Source: a bacterium
GTDB lineage: Bacteria; Electryoneota; Electryoneia; Electryoneales; Electryoneaceae
Length of the DNA stretch: 64,000 bases
Assembly (NCBI GenBank): GCA_963669175.1
Contig: OY769902.1
Coordinates: 3,872,001 to 3,936,000 of the forward strand
Direction: 5' to 3'
Below, piece by piece: positions 1 through 9,833 of the stretch. The translations under genes were made by a program, and so were the position numbers. Every line of letters begins with the position of its first letter. Positions within the stretch are counted from its first letter, which is position 1. The notes under the pieces were generated by a model that had not been told where the DNA came from, did not search any database, and saw nothing but the letters and a program-made list of their open reading frames with translations.

Positions 1-1
1 G

Positions 2-3000
2 TGCAACCGGCCACATCCCCAGGTTGCATACCCACTCGTACTCGGTCAGATCCGGTGCAAAACGGAAGACATCGCCGTCAGAGTTCCCGCCGTAAAGCAT
101 ACCGTCCTTCACATCGTAGGCGAGATCCAGAAGTCCCATCCCGTCAGCGCTGATCATTTCACCCGGATAGGTCCGTGCGGCAATCGGATTGCCTGCATGA
201 CTGAACTGATACAGGAAATTATCTCCGATATCAGAGTTGGGAATGTAGACTGCACTGACATAGATACCGTCTTCCAGGGTAACAGCGCCATAGATGCCTG
301 GATTCATTGTCAACGACTGTGCATCAAAGGTCATCAGGTGATCGAACAGATCATCCAGTTCGCCCATCGACTGAATCGGACCGGAGCCTTCTTTGGCAAA
401 AGCGATACCGTTGCTGAGAATCGACTGGTTGGAAGAACCGGTTGTTTTCCGCATCATACGGCCACTGCGCTGCTGTTGTGGACCGGCATTGATGACTTTC
501 CCGCCTGTTTCCTCTTCAGCCAACGTGTGTGGTCCATCAACCACCCAGATGTAGCTGTACCAGTCCAATGGTCCTGTCCCCACGCTGCTGATTTGGATGG
601 AAGTTGTACCAATAGAATCACCCACCAGCTCGTTGAAGTTGACAAAAACTTCAAGCGCCGTTGTGTTCAAGTCGCCATCCGGGTATACCAACGCTCGTCC
701 GGACGCGTTTGTGAAGTTCACTTCGATGGTATCCCTTTCCAGCAATTCCGTATCATCTGCGCGTGACGGCCAGTAACAGGGATACTCGGTTATGATGTTC
801 AGCGTATCATCTGCCGGAGAATTAAACAGGAAGTAGTAGCCTGATGCATCCGTATACGCTTCATAGGCCGGGTATTCTTCCACATACACCCGCACACCTT
901 CCACTGGCTCATCGTCGGAATCCATGACAAATCCATAGATGCTCCCGCGCGGAGTACCTTCTACTCCCCAAAGTTCAAGTTCATCAATAGCAACACCGTA
1001 ATAGCTGTTCCCGCTACCGTCACTACCGAACCTGAACCTGATGAGGAATGAATCGGCATCTGCCACATAGTTGGTCAAGTCGTAGGTTACCTGTGCCCAG
1101 GCGTTGGATGAAGCGGACCATCCTGGTTCAGCATCCAATCCGCTGACACCACCCTCGTAGTTATAGCCATCGATCGGGGAAACGACAGTCCAGGTTCCGC
1201 CATCGTTGGTGGAGACCTGCAGGTTGTACCCATCATAGTAGGACTCAAACTGATACCAGTGATAGTACATCAGCAGGACTGCGCCTTCAGCGGGTATCCA
1301 GGCATGCTCGCTTTCCATGATAGCATCATCGTTGTTGTTGTAGATCCCATCCATATACGTAGCGTAGCAGTAGTCGCCGTCATGCGCTTCACCCGGTCCG
1401 GCAGTAGGAGTGCCCAATGTCCAGATATCGCCATCTTCAAAGGGGATATCCTGTTCCGGTTGCACTCCGGGTTCAAAGCTGCTCCAATAGGGCGCGCTGC
1501 CTATCTGAATCAGGGTCTCACCTTCGTCACCGGTTCCGATGCCAGCAGCGGAATAGTTAGGCACTTCGTCAAACGCTTCCACCTTATAGGAATAGTAACC
1601 GGCCGTTAAGACCTGATCGTTGTATGACCATGCTTCCGGATCATCAAGCGTGGCAATCAACTCATTATCACGATAGATGTTAAATCCAGCCAGATCGACC
1701 AGGTCCGTTCCGTCTTCGTTTTCTGTTGGAACTTCCCAGGTTATAACCGACGTCAACGCATTGTGATCAATGTCGCTGACCGAGACATCGGACGGTGCAT
1801 CCGGCGGCATCCAGAACCAGGTTTCCACATCATCTGTCGGATCAGATTCAATGATCTCACCTTCGACAGTATTCTGGGCAGTGACATAGTAGTAGACGTG
1901 GTTGCCTTCTTCGCCTTCTTCGTCACTTTCCCAGTCGCTACCGTATACCAACAGGTAAGGAATCTGGTTTTCCGTAACTGGATCGTCGTTGTACAGTTCG
2001 AATTCTTCACCGTCCGTTGAAACGTAGAAGAAATAACCGTCGAACTCGTCGAGTTCGTTGTTGGCAATAAGCCCTTCACGAACGAATACACCTGGACGAA
2101 GTGGATTGGGACCATCACAGAAACCGTGTTTATCCGAACTTCCGTGAACAGCCGCATTCAACGGGATAATCGAATCACGATTCGGCACGGATTCCCTTGA
2201 TGGAAGTGTTGGATGTTCGGCCATGAACATGTCATCCTGGAATCCCAGCACCCAGGCCCGTACCATGGGATCACCATTCACATTATGGTTCGTGGCTGTA
2301 TCCCAACCGTTTGTGGTGTAGTACAAATAGCTCTGCGGCTCATTCAGCGAGGCGTCTACACAAATCGCTTCTGATGTATTCTCGGTTGGGGGGACATAGA
2401 AACCGAGCCAGAATACATCCTCTGCCGTCACGCCCGGTTCGAAAATAGCCCACGGTTCATCTGCAGAGGTGGTGATTTCTCCAGAAGTATAGAGCAGCTC
2501 ACCCGGCAGATCGTCGTCCCCATTCGCCCAGCACATGGCAATGATCGGGTCATGCACACCATCCGGCCAGGGAGCGGGTGTCCATTGTTCACTCTCTGAT
2601 GTCAGGCGAATTTCACCTTGTACTACTGTCGCTGTGCCATCAAGGAAGAACGGAACCCCCCAATTGTAGTTTTCACCGTTGGTGTTCAAGTATGTCGCAT
2701 TCCCCGGTGTACCGTCATCATATGTCAGGTAGATCAGATCGCCGACAAACCCGGGAGGCATGACTGTTACATAAACACCGTCATCATGGTACTTGTTATC
2801 ACTTACAAGGACAGGCGGTGTTTCTGGCGACACCCACTCCATCTCCACATTCACCGTAAGCGTATAGACCTCTTCACCGAATTCAAGATCTGTGTGATCG
2901 GTGTTCGGATTGTACTGGTTCGCGATAACTTCCATATCGTAGGTCAAATCCCGATCCAGGATGCGCACAAATTCGTACCAGCCGTTTTCATCCGTTGAAG

Positions 3001-5989
3001 TGGAGTATCTCCCATCATCCGAATCCGTCAAAGTGACCTGGGCATTTTCTACGATATTGTCATCAACGTCCGTGATCGTTCCCTCAATGCTGCCCATGGG
3101 CACCAACTCGAGATCCACATCCAGGAAGTATTCAGCCTCAGCAAAGGTCAAGTCTGTCTCTTCTCCGGAAGCATACCCCTCTGCGGAAACAGTGATGGAG
3201 AATGTTTCATCAAGGTTGAATTCGCGTACAAATTCGTAGTAACCATCTTCATCAGTCGTAGTTGTCCAGGTGTCGCCTTCATCGCTTTCAGCGACTACTG
3301 TTGCACCTTCAACAGGATCGTCATCGGAATAATCCAGGATAGAACCGGAGATGGTTCCAGCCGGGAGAAGCGACACGTCAATCGAGATGTCGAAACCTTC
3401 AACAATCGTAATATCTTCTACTGTTCTTGAAGTGTATCCGATCGCCTCGTAGTCAACATCCCACGGACCATCCGCACTGTCCACGAGTACGGAATACCAG
3501 CCGTTCTCATCCGATTCTGCATACCATGTATCACCTTCAGAATCCGTCGCCACGACTTCGCAACCGACAACAGGATCACCGGTGATGGAGTCGCTTACGA
3601 CGCCATTGATACCGGCCCAACTCCAGTCTGGTGGCTGGAATGTAATCGCGAACTCATTTTCAAGTGACTGGTAAGGATAGGTGTACGCAACAGTACCATC
3701 CGAGTTTTCGATACCAACACCGCCACGGATGTAGTAGCTCCAGTCATCTGCCTCTTCATACTGGAATTTTATCGCTCCTGTTTCGCAGTCCAGTACCGCT
3801 TCATAGGAGAAACGGTAGTCCGTGTTACCGCTATAGGGACGGAGGTAGAATTGGATGATAACCTGATCGTTTTCTGTATCCTCCAGGTACCAGATACCTA
3901 TACCATCTCCAGCAGCGCCACCGTGATAATCACCGTTCAAGGGAAGTAAAACTGTGTTTGGCGCGGAAGTCGCAGGAATGTTTACAGTTATGGAAGTGGA
4001 CGTAAAGTCTGTAAAACTGAACCAGCCGTTGGTGCAGGCGCCAAAGGAATCGTACTCATCGCCGAAATAAGGGAAAGTCAGTTCGTCCAATGAAACCTCA
4101 CCGCTGTTCGCATCATCACCTGCATCAACAGCGACAGAACCTTCACCACCATTGTTCGGGTTAATCTCTATCCAGTCATATTGCGATTCTGAGACAATGT
4201 ATGTCGAGGCGACCGGGAGTGGACGACCGTATAGAGGTTCACAGAACACGAGATAATCGTCACCATATCCATAGTCCGCAGCTACTGCCGCACCATACAT
4301 GGTGCCGTTCGCCAGACCGCTGACAGTATAACTCTCGCCATTGATAACATTGTCAAGGATGTCTTCCATGCCATTCGGATAGATCAATTTCACACGATAT
4401 CCCTGGAAATCCATCAGCTCATCCAGCTCCTGCCCGTTTCCCATGGCTCGAATCATATCATCATGGATGTTCTGGAGCATGTGGATACGTTTTTCCACCA
4501 ATGGCAGTTTGGCGATTTCCTGCGGTATGTTGCGGCTCCGAATATCATCGATAGATAGATACAGGTTTTCTATCTCCTCGGCAATCAGCAACACGTCTTC
4601 TTCAGGATGGTTGTCTGGCGCCCCCCAGACAAGGTCAAGTTCAGTATCGCCTATACTCATCGAGAAAGCGGTTGGTGGAAGAACTTCATACACCTCAAAT
4701 TCCAACGGCATTTCATCTTCGCTTACCTCAACGGCAGGCATAAATTTATCATGATAGCCATCCGATCCTGCAGGATCTCCGCTTATAACAAAGGTGTAAT
4801 AACCAACAGCCTGCGAGCCCAGGTTAAAACCGCCATTCTCATCGGTAACGCCACTGACGTTCAGCACTGGAATGGATACGGTTATTCCCTCAACAGGATT
4901 ATCAGGATTATCTGCCGAATAGACTGTCCCGGAGATCTCAGTTTCAATAGCATTGTTGTAATCAAGGATGAAATTGACAACTGTGGTATCGTCAGAAGCA
5001 ATACTTACGCTGTCCTCTGAGGCCAGAAAGTATCCAGGCGCCATTGCTTTTACGATATAATCCATCTCGAAAAGGGTTTCTTCAAGGATATAATCGCCGT
5101 TTTCATCAGTGTAGACATTTGCTACAAACGACGTGTCTTCCTGAATCCATACTGAAATCTCAGTCCCGGCAACCGGTTCATCATCAATGTCTATCACCGT
5201 TCCCATCAAGGTTCCCCAACGGGGATGATAGATCACGTAGTCAAGAGTATTCGGAAGCAGGTAAGCGCCGACATAATCGTGGCTCCACATGTGCGCATAG
5301 GTCATCGTAGTTGCAATGACATGACCATGACCATATTCGTATTCAATCAACGTGGGCAAAGTGCCATCTGCATTCCGGGAAATGATGACATTGGCATCAT
5401 CCGGATACCCGGTCAGGTAACCGTGGTTACAACTGCTTCCTTCAGGGTTGGGTTCATCCAGGACAATCGGGTGATCTTCATCCTGGATATAGTTGACTGT
5501 GCTGTTATCCGAGTAGATATGGCCGGTGCCATCCCACAATTCCCATCCGGGAGTATGTGTGTTGGTTCCACCGTGATATTCCAGCCAACCACCGTCTTCG
5601 ACATACTCCTGCAGAACACCTATTGCAGCATTCAGGTTAGTATAGAATGTTGCATCCTGGTTGCCTGAAACAACAACAGCGACATATTCCGAAAAATCCG
5701 TATTCTGTACATTGGCGGAATTAATGATGTCATACGTTACATCTTCCATGACATCAAGCACTCCGGTTATATCCCCCCACCAGTTGTCAATGTCCTGAAT
5801 GAGCGCCACATTCAACTCATCCAGTTCGCTGTATCTTGGCGCAACAGGAATCACAGGCATCCCGGTCGTCCAGCTTGGGAGTACTGCCTCCTGATCTGCC
5901 ACCACGCCTTCAAGCTCAGCCTGTGCCAGCACACTGCATAGCGACACAAGCATCAGCCCGACAACCAACAACCAAGTCAATCGTCTCAT
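2..5989 (-). CDS. Giant secreted multidomain surface protein (>1996 aa, C-terminus beyond the left window edge) with carboxypeptidase-regulatory-like/Ig- and FN3-like modules
   Basis: ATG at 5989 preceded by AGGGAG. Begins MRRLTWLLVVGLMLVSLCSVLAQAE (signal peptide). The same frame gave sensible acidic beta-rich protein at every point checked (~5820, 4420, 2050, 350, 2-60). Repeats of G-x-I-x-G-x-(V/I)-x-D...G-x-Y. Absent from the ORF track because its stop lies outside the window. Confidence 0.88.
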   Translation of the reverse strand, partial: MRRLTWLLVVGLMLVSLCSVLAQAELEGVVADQEAVLPSWTTGMPVIPVAPRYSELDELNVALIQDIDNWWGDITGVLDVMEDVTYDIINSANVQNTDFSEYVAVVVSGNQDATFYTNLNAAIGVLQEYVEDGGWLEYHGGTNTHTPGWELWDGTGHIYSDNSTVNYIQDEDHPIVLDEPNPEGSSCNHGYLTGYPDDANVIISRNADGTLPTLIEYEYGHGHVIATTMTYAHMWSHDYVGAYLLPNTLDYVIYHPRWGTLMGTVIDIDDEPVAGTEISVWIQEDTSFVANVYTDENGDYILEETLFEMDYIVKAMAPGYFLASEDSVSIASDDTTVVNFILDYNNAIETEISGTVYSADNPDNPVEGITVSIPVLNVSGVTDENGGFNLGSQAVGYYTFVISGDPAGSDGYHDKFMPAVEVSEDEMPLEFEVYEVLPPTAFSMSIGDTELDLVWGAPDNHPEEDVLLIAEEIENLYLSIDDIRSRNIPQEIAKLPLVEKRIHMLQNIHDDMIRAMGNGQELDELMDFQGYRVKLIYPNGMEDILDNVINGESYTVSGLANGTMYGAAVAADYGYGDDYLVFCEPLYGRPLPVASTYIVSESQYDWIEINPNNGGEGSVAVDAGDDANSGEVSLDELTFPYFGDEYDSFGACTNGWFSFTDFTSTSITVNIPATSAPNTVLLPLNGDYHGGAAGDGIGIWYLEDTENDQVIIQFYLRPYSGNTDYRFSYEAVLDCETGAIKFQYEEADDWSYYIRGGVGIENSDGTVAYTYPYQSLENEFAITFQPPDWSWAGINGVVSDSITGDPVVGCEVVATDSEGDTWYAESDENGWYSVLVDSADGPWDVDYEAIGYTSRTVEDITIVEGFDISIDVSLLPAGTISGSILDYSDDDPVEGATVVAESDEGDTWTTTTDEDGYYEFVREFNLDETFSITVSAEGYASGEETDLTFAEAEYFLDVDLELVPMGSIEGTITDVDDNIVENAQVTLTDSDDGRYSTSTDENGWYEFVRILDRDLTYDMEVIANQYNPNTDHTDLEFGEEVYTLTVNVEMEWVSPETPPVLVSDNKYHDDGVYVTVMPPGFVGDLIYLTYDDGTPGNATYLNTNGENYNWGVPFFLDGTATVVQGEIRLTSESEQWTPAPWPDGVHDPIIAMCWANGDDDLPGELLYTSGEITTSADEPWAIFEPGVTAEDVFWLGFYVPPTENTSEAICVDASLNEPQSYLYYTTNGWDTATNHNVNGDPMVRAWVLGFQDDMFMAEHPTLPSRESVPNRDSIIPLNAAVHGSSDKHGFCDGPNPLRPGVFVREGLIANNELDEFDGYFFYVSTDGEEFELYNDDPVTENQIPYLLVYGSDWESDEEGEEGNHVYYYVTAQNTVEGEIIESDPTDDVETWFWMPPDAPSDVSVSDIDHNALTSVITWEVPTENEDGTDLVDLAGFNIYRDNELIATLDDPEAWSYNDQVLTAGYYSYKVEAFDEVPNYSAAGIGTGDEGETLIQIGSAPYWSSFEPGVQPEQDIPFEDGDIWTLGTPTAGPGEAHDGDYCYATYMDGIYNNNDDAIMESEHAWIPAEGAVLLMYYHWYQFESYYDGYNLQVSTNDGGTWTVVSPIDGYNYEGGVSGLDAEPGWSASSNAWAQVTYDLTNYVADADSFLIRFRFGSDGSGNSYYGVAIDELELWGVEGTPRGSIYGFVMDSDDEPVEGVRVYVEEYPAYEAYTDASGYYFLFNSPADDTLNIITEYPCYWPSRADDTELLERDTIEVNFTNASGRALVYPDGDLNTTALEVFVNFNELVGDSIGTTSIQISSVGTGPLDWYSYIWVVDGPHTLAEEETGGKVINAGPQQQRSGRMMRKTTGSSNQSILSNGIAFAKEGSGPIQSMGELDDLFDHLMTFDAQSLTMNPGIYGAVTLEDGIYVSAVYIPNSDIGDNFLYQFSHAGNPIAARTYPGEMISADGMGLLDLAYDVKDGMLYGGNSDGDVFRFAPDLTEYEWVCNLGMWPVA

Positions 5990-6454
5990 GCTAAGGCTCC
6001 CTAGTGAATTAAACGATATGCAAAAAGTCAGCTTTGTGTTAACACCACTTGGGCCGTGGAATAATCAGGCAGGGTCGTGTAGGGGCAAATCCACTGACAC
6101 CATAATACTGAAAGGTTAATGATAGTTATAAACTAAATTGGAAAATCTTGAGCTTTCAAGAAGCAAGCGTCAATTAAATAAAAAACTCTACCTCCACCTA
6201 AACAATTTTCCATCGAGGGGCCTTTGAAAATGTTCTGTCCATTGGAACAGTCCCGCTGCGCCATTGTCGCCATATCTGCATTAAAGTTAGAATCGCCAAA
6301 CTTTAATTCAAGTGTCATGGACCAATCAGTTTTTCTCCCGGTTCCTTTCCTGGTTGTTTTGTTGAAAATCTGGCGTCTGCATATAAACAGGACTGAACTG
6401 ATGCATCTTTCAGATTCGTTGCTTACCTTGCGCGGAACAACCCGGGGCATGCAT

Positions 6455-7093
6455 ATGATGAATTACATCTGGTTCGTTCTTTTTGCGGTCGGCATCCTTG
6501 TGGGGATGTTTACCGGTACGTTGGACGAAGTAACCGCTGCGACTCTCGAAGCCGGTAAAACAGCCGTAACACTGGCGATAGGCCTGATAGGTGTGATGGC
6601 GCTCTGGCTGGGGTTGATGCGTGTTGCCGAAAAGGCCGGACTGGTGAGAATTGTGGCCAGGTTGCTTCAGCCAGTAATGAAAAGAATATTTCCGGAAATC
6701 CCTCCTGATCATCCAGCAATGGGCAGCATGCTGGCTAATATTGCAGCCAACATGCTTGGACTCGGGAATTCTGCTACCGCCCTGGGACTCAAAGCGATGG
6801 AAGATCTTCAATCCATAAACCAGGACAAGGACAGCGCCTCCAATGCCATGGCCACATTTCTGGCGATCAACACATCATCGGTAACAATCATTCCGGCAAC
6901 TGTAATCGCGGTGCGTATATCAGCAGGCGCAACCAATGCAACAGAAATCATTGGTCCGGCGATTATCGCAACCGGTGTCAGTACAACCGTGGGTATCATA
7001 GCGGCTCGATTGTTACAGAAAGCAGTACCGCCTCAAAAAGCATCTTCTCCCGAGAATGGCAATGGTCATGTCGAGGGAGGTGATCATGCCTGA
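6455..7093 (+). CDS. spmA: SpmA-family nucleoside-recognition (gate) membrane protein
   Basis: Motifs W-x-G-L-M-x-V-A-E-K-A-G and ANMLGLGNSATALGLKAM. Start placed at the MMNYIW ATG rather than the track start. Confidence 0.85.
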   Translation: MMNYIWFVLFAVGILVGMFTGTLDEVTAATLEAGKTAVTLAIGLIGVMALWLGLMRVAEKAGLVRIVARLLQPVMKRIFPEIPPDHPAMGSMLANIAANMLGLGNSATALGLKAMEDLQSINQDKDSASNAMATFLAINTSSVTIIPATVIAVRISAGATNATEIIGPAIIATGVSTTVGIIAARLLQKAVPPQKASSPENGNGHVEGGDHA

Positions 7094-7628
7094 GTCAATC
7101 CACGGTTTTATCGAAGAACTGAGTAGCTGGGCCATACCGCTTACAATTCTGTTGGTTTTGAGTGTTGGCCTGATTCGAAAAGTCAAGATATATGAAGAAT
7201 TTGTGGATGGTGCGAAGGAAGGATTTCAGGTTGGTGTGCGAATCATTCCATACCTGGTAGCGATCCTGGCGGCAATTGCAGCGTTTCGTGCATCTGGCGC
7301 CCTGGACATGCTGACAAGTATGCTGGCTCCGTTATTCAGCCTGGTAGGATTTCCGCCTGAAGCCCTGCCCATGGCCCTGATTCGCCCCCTGTCCGGAAGT
7401 GGCGCTTTGGGGGTTATGACCGAACTGATCAACACACACGGACCTGAGTCTTTCATCGGACGACTGGCATCTGTGATGATGGGCTCAACCGAGACCACAT
7501 TTTATATTCTGGCTGTTTATCTTGGCGCGGTTGGCATCAGGAATGGACGTCATACTCTGGCAGCATGCCTGATTGCGGATGCTTCAGGACTGATTGCGGC
7601 TTTCCTTGTGTGCAAATGGTTTTTCTAA
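7086..7628 (+). CDS. spmB: SpmB-family membrane protein
   Basis: IYEEFVDGAKEG, RPLSGSG and MGSTETTFY motifs; overlaps the spmA stop. Confidence 0.85.
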   Translation: MPESIHGFIEELSSWAIPLTILLVLSVGLIRKVKIYEEFVDGAKEGFQVGVRIIPYLVAILAAIAAFRASGALDMLTSMLAPLFSLVGFPPEALPMALIRPLSGSGALGVMTELINTHGPESFIGRLASVMMGSTETTFYILAVYLGAVGIRNGRHTLAACLIADASGLIAAFLVCKWFF

Positions 7629-7649
7629 AAAGTGATTGGTACGTAGTTC

Positions 7650-8330
7650 ATGATTAACCCGTATTCAAACGAGGCAGCCCTGATCATTCTCAACGGTTCC
7701 GATCCGTTTGAGACATTCGATATGGACCAGATTTCTTCCTATTCTTTCAGGCTTGCCGTTGATGGCGCGCTTGATCGCCTGCTAGCACACGGCATTCATC
7801 CTGAAGCCGTAACAGGTGATTTTGACAGCGTTTCCCAATCCGCCTTAGAAGAATACCGCGTCTCTGGTGGTCGGGTGTTGCATGACGCCGACCAGAACTC
7901 GACGGATTATGAAAAAGCATTAAAATTCTGTGTGAACAATGAGATACATAATGTTGATATTATCGGTTATCACGGTAGTCGCCTGGACCAGATGCTCGCT
8001 GTTTTCGGTGTGGCCTTGAAATATGAGAACCGAATTCACCAGCAGTTTTTCGATCCAGTCGCCATGACCCGCGTTCTGCTCGGTGAGGACAGGGGCGGAA
8101 GGCGACTCGAGCTGACCAACCTCGAACACCATGTTTGCAGTATCATTCCTCTGATGCCATGCAAGCGTGTTTCACTGGAAGGCTTCAAGTGGCCCCTGTA
8201 TAAGACAGATATGGCCATGGATGGCATGGTGTCATCCTCTAACGAGGTCGTATATCCCTTCGCTGGAATTCAGGTTGACATGGGCGCGTTGCTTGTAATC
8301 CTGCATCATAAGCCGGGACAGGCGCCGTGA
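7650..8330 (+). CDS. thiN: Thiamine pyrophosphokinase
   Basis: AVDGA, GDFDS, DQNSTDYEKAL, GFKWPL and SSN motifs. Confidence 0.88.
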   Translation: MINPYSNEAALIILNGSDPFETFDMDQISSYSFRLAVDGALDRLLAHGIHPEAVTGDFDSVSQSALEEYRVSGGRVLHDADQNSTDYEKALKFCVNNEIHNVDIIGYHGSRLDQMLAVFGVALKYENRIHQQFFDPVAMTRVLLGEDRGGRRLELTNLEHHVCSIIPLMPCKRVSLEGFKWPLYKTDMAMDGMVSSSNEVVYPFAGIQVDMGALLVILHHKPGQAP

Positions 8331-9745
8331 CCGCTTCTTCTGATATCCCCAGGCTTTCCTTGATTGATGGTTCCCTGGTCGTACTCTACCTGGTCATCCT
8401 GTGGGCCGTTGCTTTCTGGGCTTCACGTCGCAAGAATACCGGTGAAGATTATCTCCTGGCGGGAAGAAGCCTGACCCTGCCGGCCTTCGTTGCAACCCTG
8501 GTTTCCACCTGGTACGGTGGTATCCTGGGAGTAGGTGAGTTCGGCTGGCGATACGGCATCAGTACCTGGCTGGTGTTCGGACTCCCCTATTACCTTCATG
8601 CCATTCTGTTTGCGATTTTCATTGCACCACGTGCGCGTCGTGGCTTGTACGTCAACCTTCCGGATCAACTGGAACGCGCGTATGGACGAAAGCCTGCTAT
8701 CGCCGGCGCCGTAATCTTGCTCATCATGATTATCCCGGCGGCTTACCTGTTAATGTTGGCCACTCTTCTTCGCATGCTGCTTCCTGTCCCCCATCTTGTC
8801 GCATTGATCATGGCAGCATTTTTTTCCACCGCCTATCTGTGGTCCGGCGGTTTCAACGCCGTAGTGCGAACGGACAAGCTGCAGTTTTCCCTGATGTTTG
8901 TGGGGTTCATCGTATTGGCATGGTTTTGCATTCGTGAAATGCCTCTACCGGCTCTCTGGTCAACATTATCACGTGAAGCGCCGGATCATCTTTCCTGGCA
9001 TGGCGGCAACACTACCACTTATATCCTCCTCTGGTACGTGGTTGCCGCTCAAACCTATATCGAACCTACTTTCCACCAGCGTTGTTATGCGGCCAGGAGC
9101 GAAAAAGTCGCACGTAATGGCGTCCTGATCAGTGTAGCCGCGTGGCTTGTTTTTGATATGCTTACCACACTCACAGCGATTTATTCCCGCGCCCTGGCGC
9201 CTGAGCTGGCAAATCCGGTGGCTGCTTTTCCTGCACTGGCAGTGAAGGTTCTCCCTGTTGGCCTGCTGGGTATATTCATTACAGCCCTGTTTGCGACTGT
9301 GATGTCTACGTTGGACAGCTACACTTTCCTCGCTGCAGTTACGCTGGGGCGTGATGTGGTGGGACGACTGAAAAACAGGATGAGCGAACCAGTCACCGAC
9401 AGGTGGGTGCGCATCTCTCTGATCGTTGTGGCCCTGGCTTCTATTTCGCTGGCAGCCTGGAAGGATTCGGCAGTCGATCTTTTTGTAGCGCTGGGCTCAA
9501 TTGGAGTGCCCGCCTTACTCATCCCGGTGTTAAGCAGCTTCTGGAAAACCTCCGCCATGTCACCCAAAGGCGCACTGATCGCAATACTCGCTGCTGCCGG
9601 AATATCGCTGTTCTGGACAATAGTACCCTTGGTTTTTGCAAATCTCGCGCTTTTTTCTGAAGTCGAGCCGCTATATCCCGGTCTTTTTGCTTCCTTTTTG
9701 TGTTATTTTCTTGATCGAATCTGGTCACGAAAACATAGAGGTTGA
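8327..9745 (+). CDS. Sodium:solute symporter (SSS) family transporter
   Basis: DYLLAGRSL, ATWYGG-like, GGFNAVVRTD and MSTLDS motifs with many TM helices; GTGA overlap with thiN. Confidence 0.85.
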   Translation: MTASSDIPRLSLIDGSLVVLYLVILWAVAFWASRRKNTGEDYLLAGRSLTLPAFVATLVSTWYGGILGVGEFGWRYGISTWLVFGLPYYLHAILFAIFIAPRARRGLYVNLPDQLERAYGRKPAIAGAVILLIMIIPAAYLLMLATLLRMLLPVPHLVALIMAAFFSTAYLWSGGFNAVVRTDKLQFSLMFVGFIVLAWFCIREMPLPALWSTLSREAPDHLSWHGGNTTTYILLWYVVAAQTYIEPTFHQRCYAARSEKVARNGVLISVAAWLVFDMLTTLTAIYSRALAPELANPVAAFPALAVKVLPVGLLGIFITALFATVMSTLDSYTFLAAVTLGRDVVGRLKNRMSEPVTDRWVRISLIVVALASISLAAWKDSAVDLFVALGSIGVPALLIPVLSSFWKTSAMSPKGALIAILAAAGISLFWTIVPLVFANLALFSEVEPLYPGLFASFLCYFLDRIWSRKHRG

Positions 9746-9833
9746 TTTTCTCGGAATGCTTGCTTTTTGATGAGAATAATCTGATACTATTACTTTGGTA
9801 TTTTTGTCAGCATCAGGAACCGATGCAGGGGCC

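Noticed and set aside
197-5668. Numerous 60-190 aa ORFs in the track
   Set aside because: Antisense or off-frame shadows of the giant minus-strand CDS. The same applies to most short ORFs overlapping genes elsewhere.
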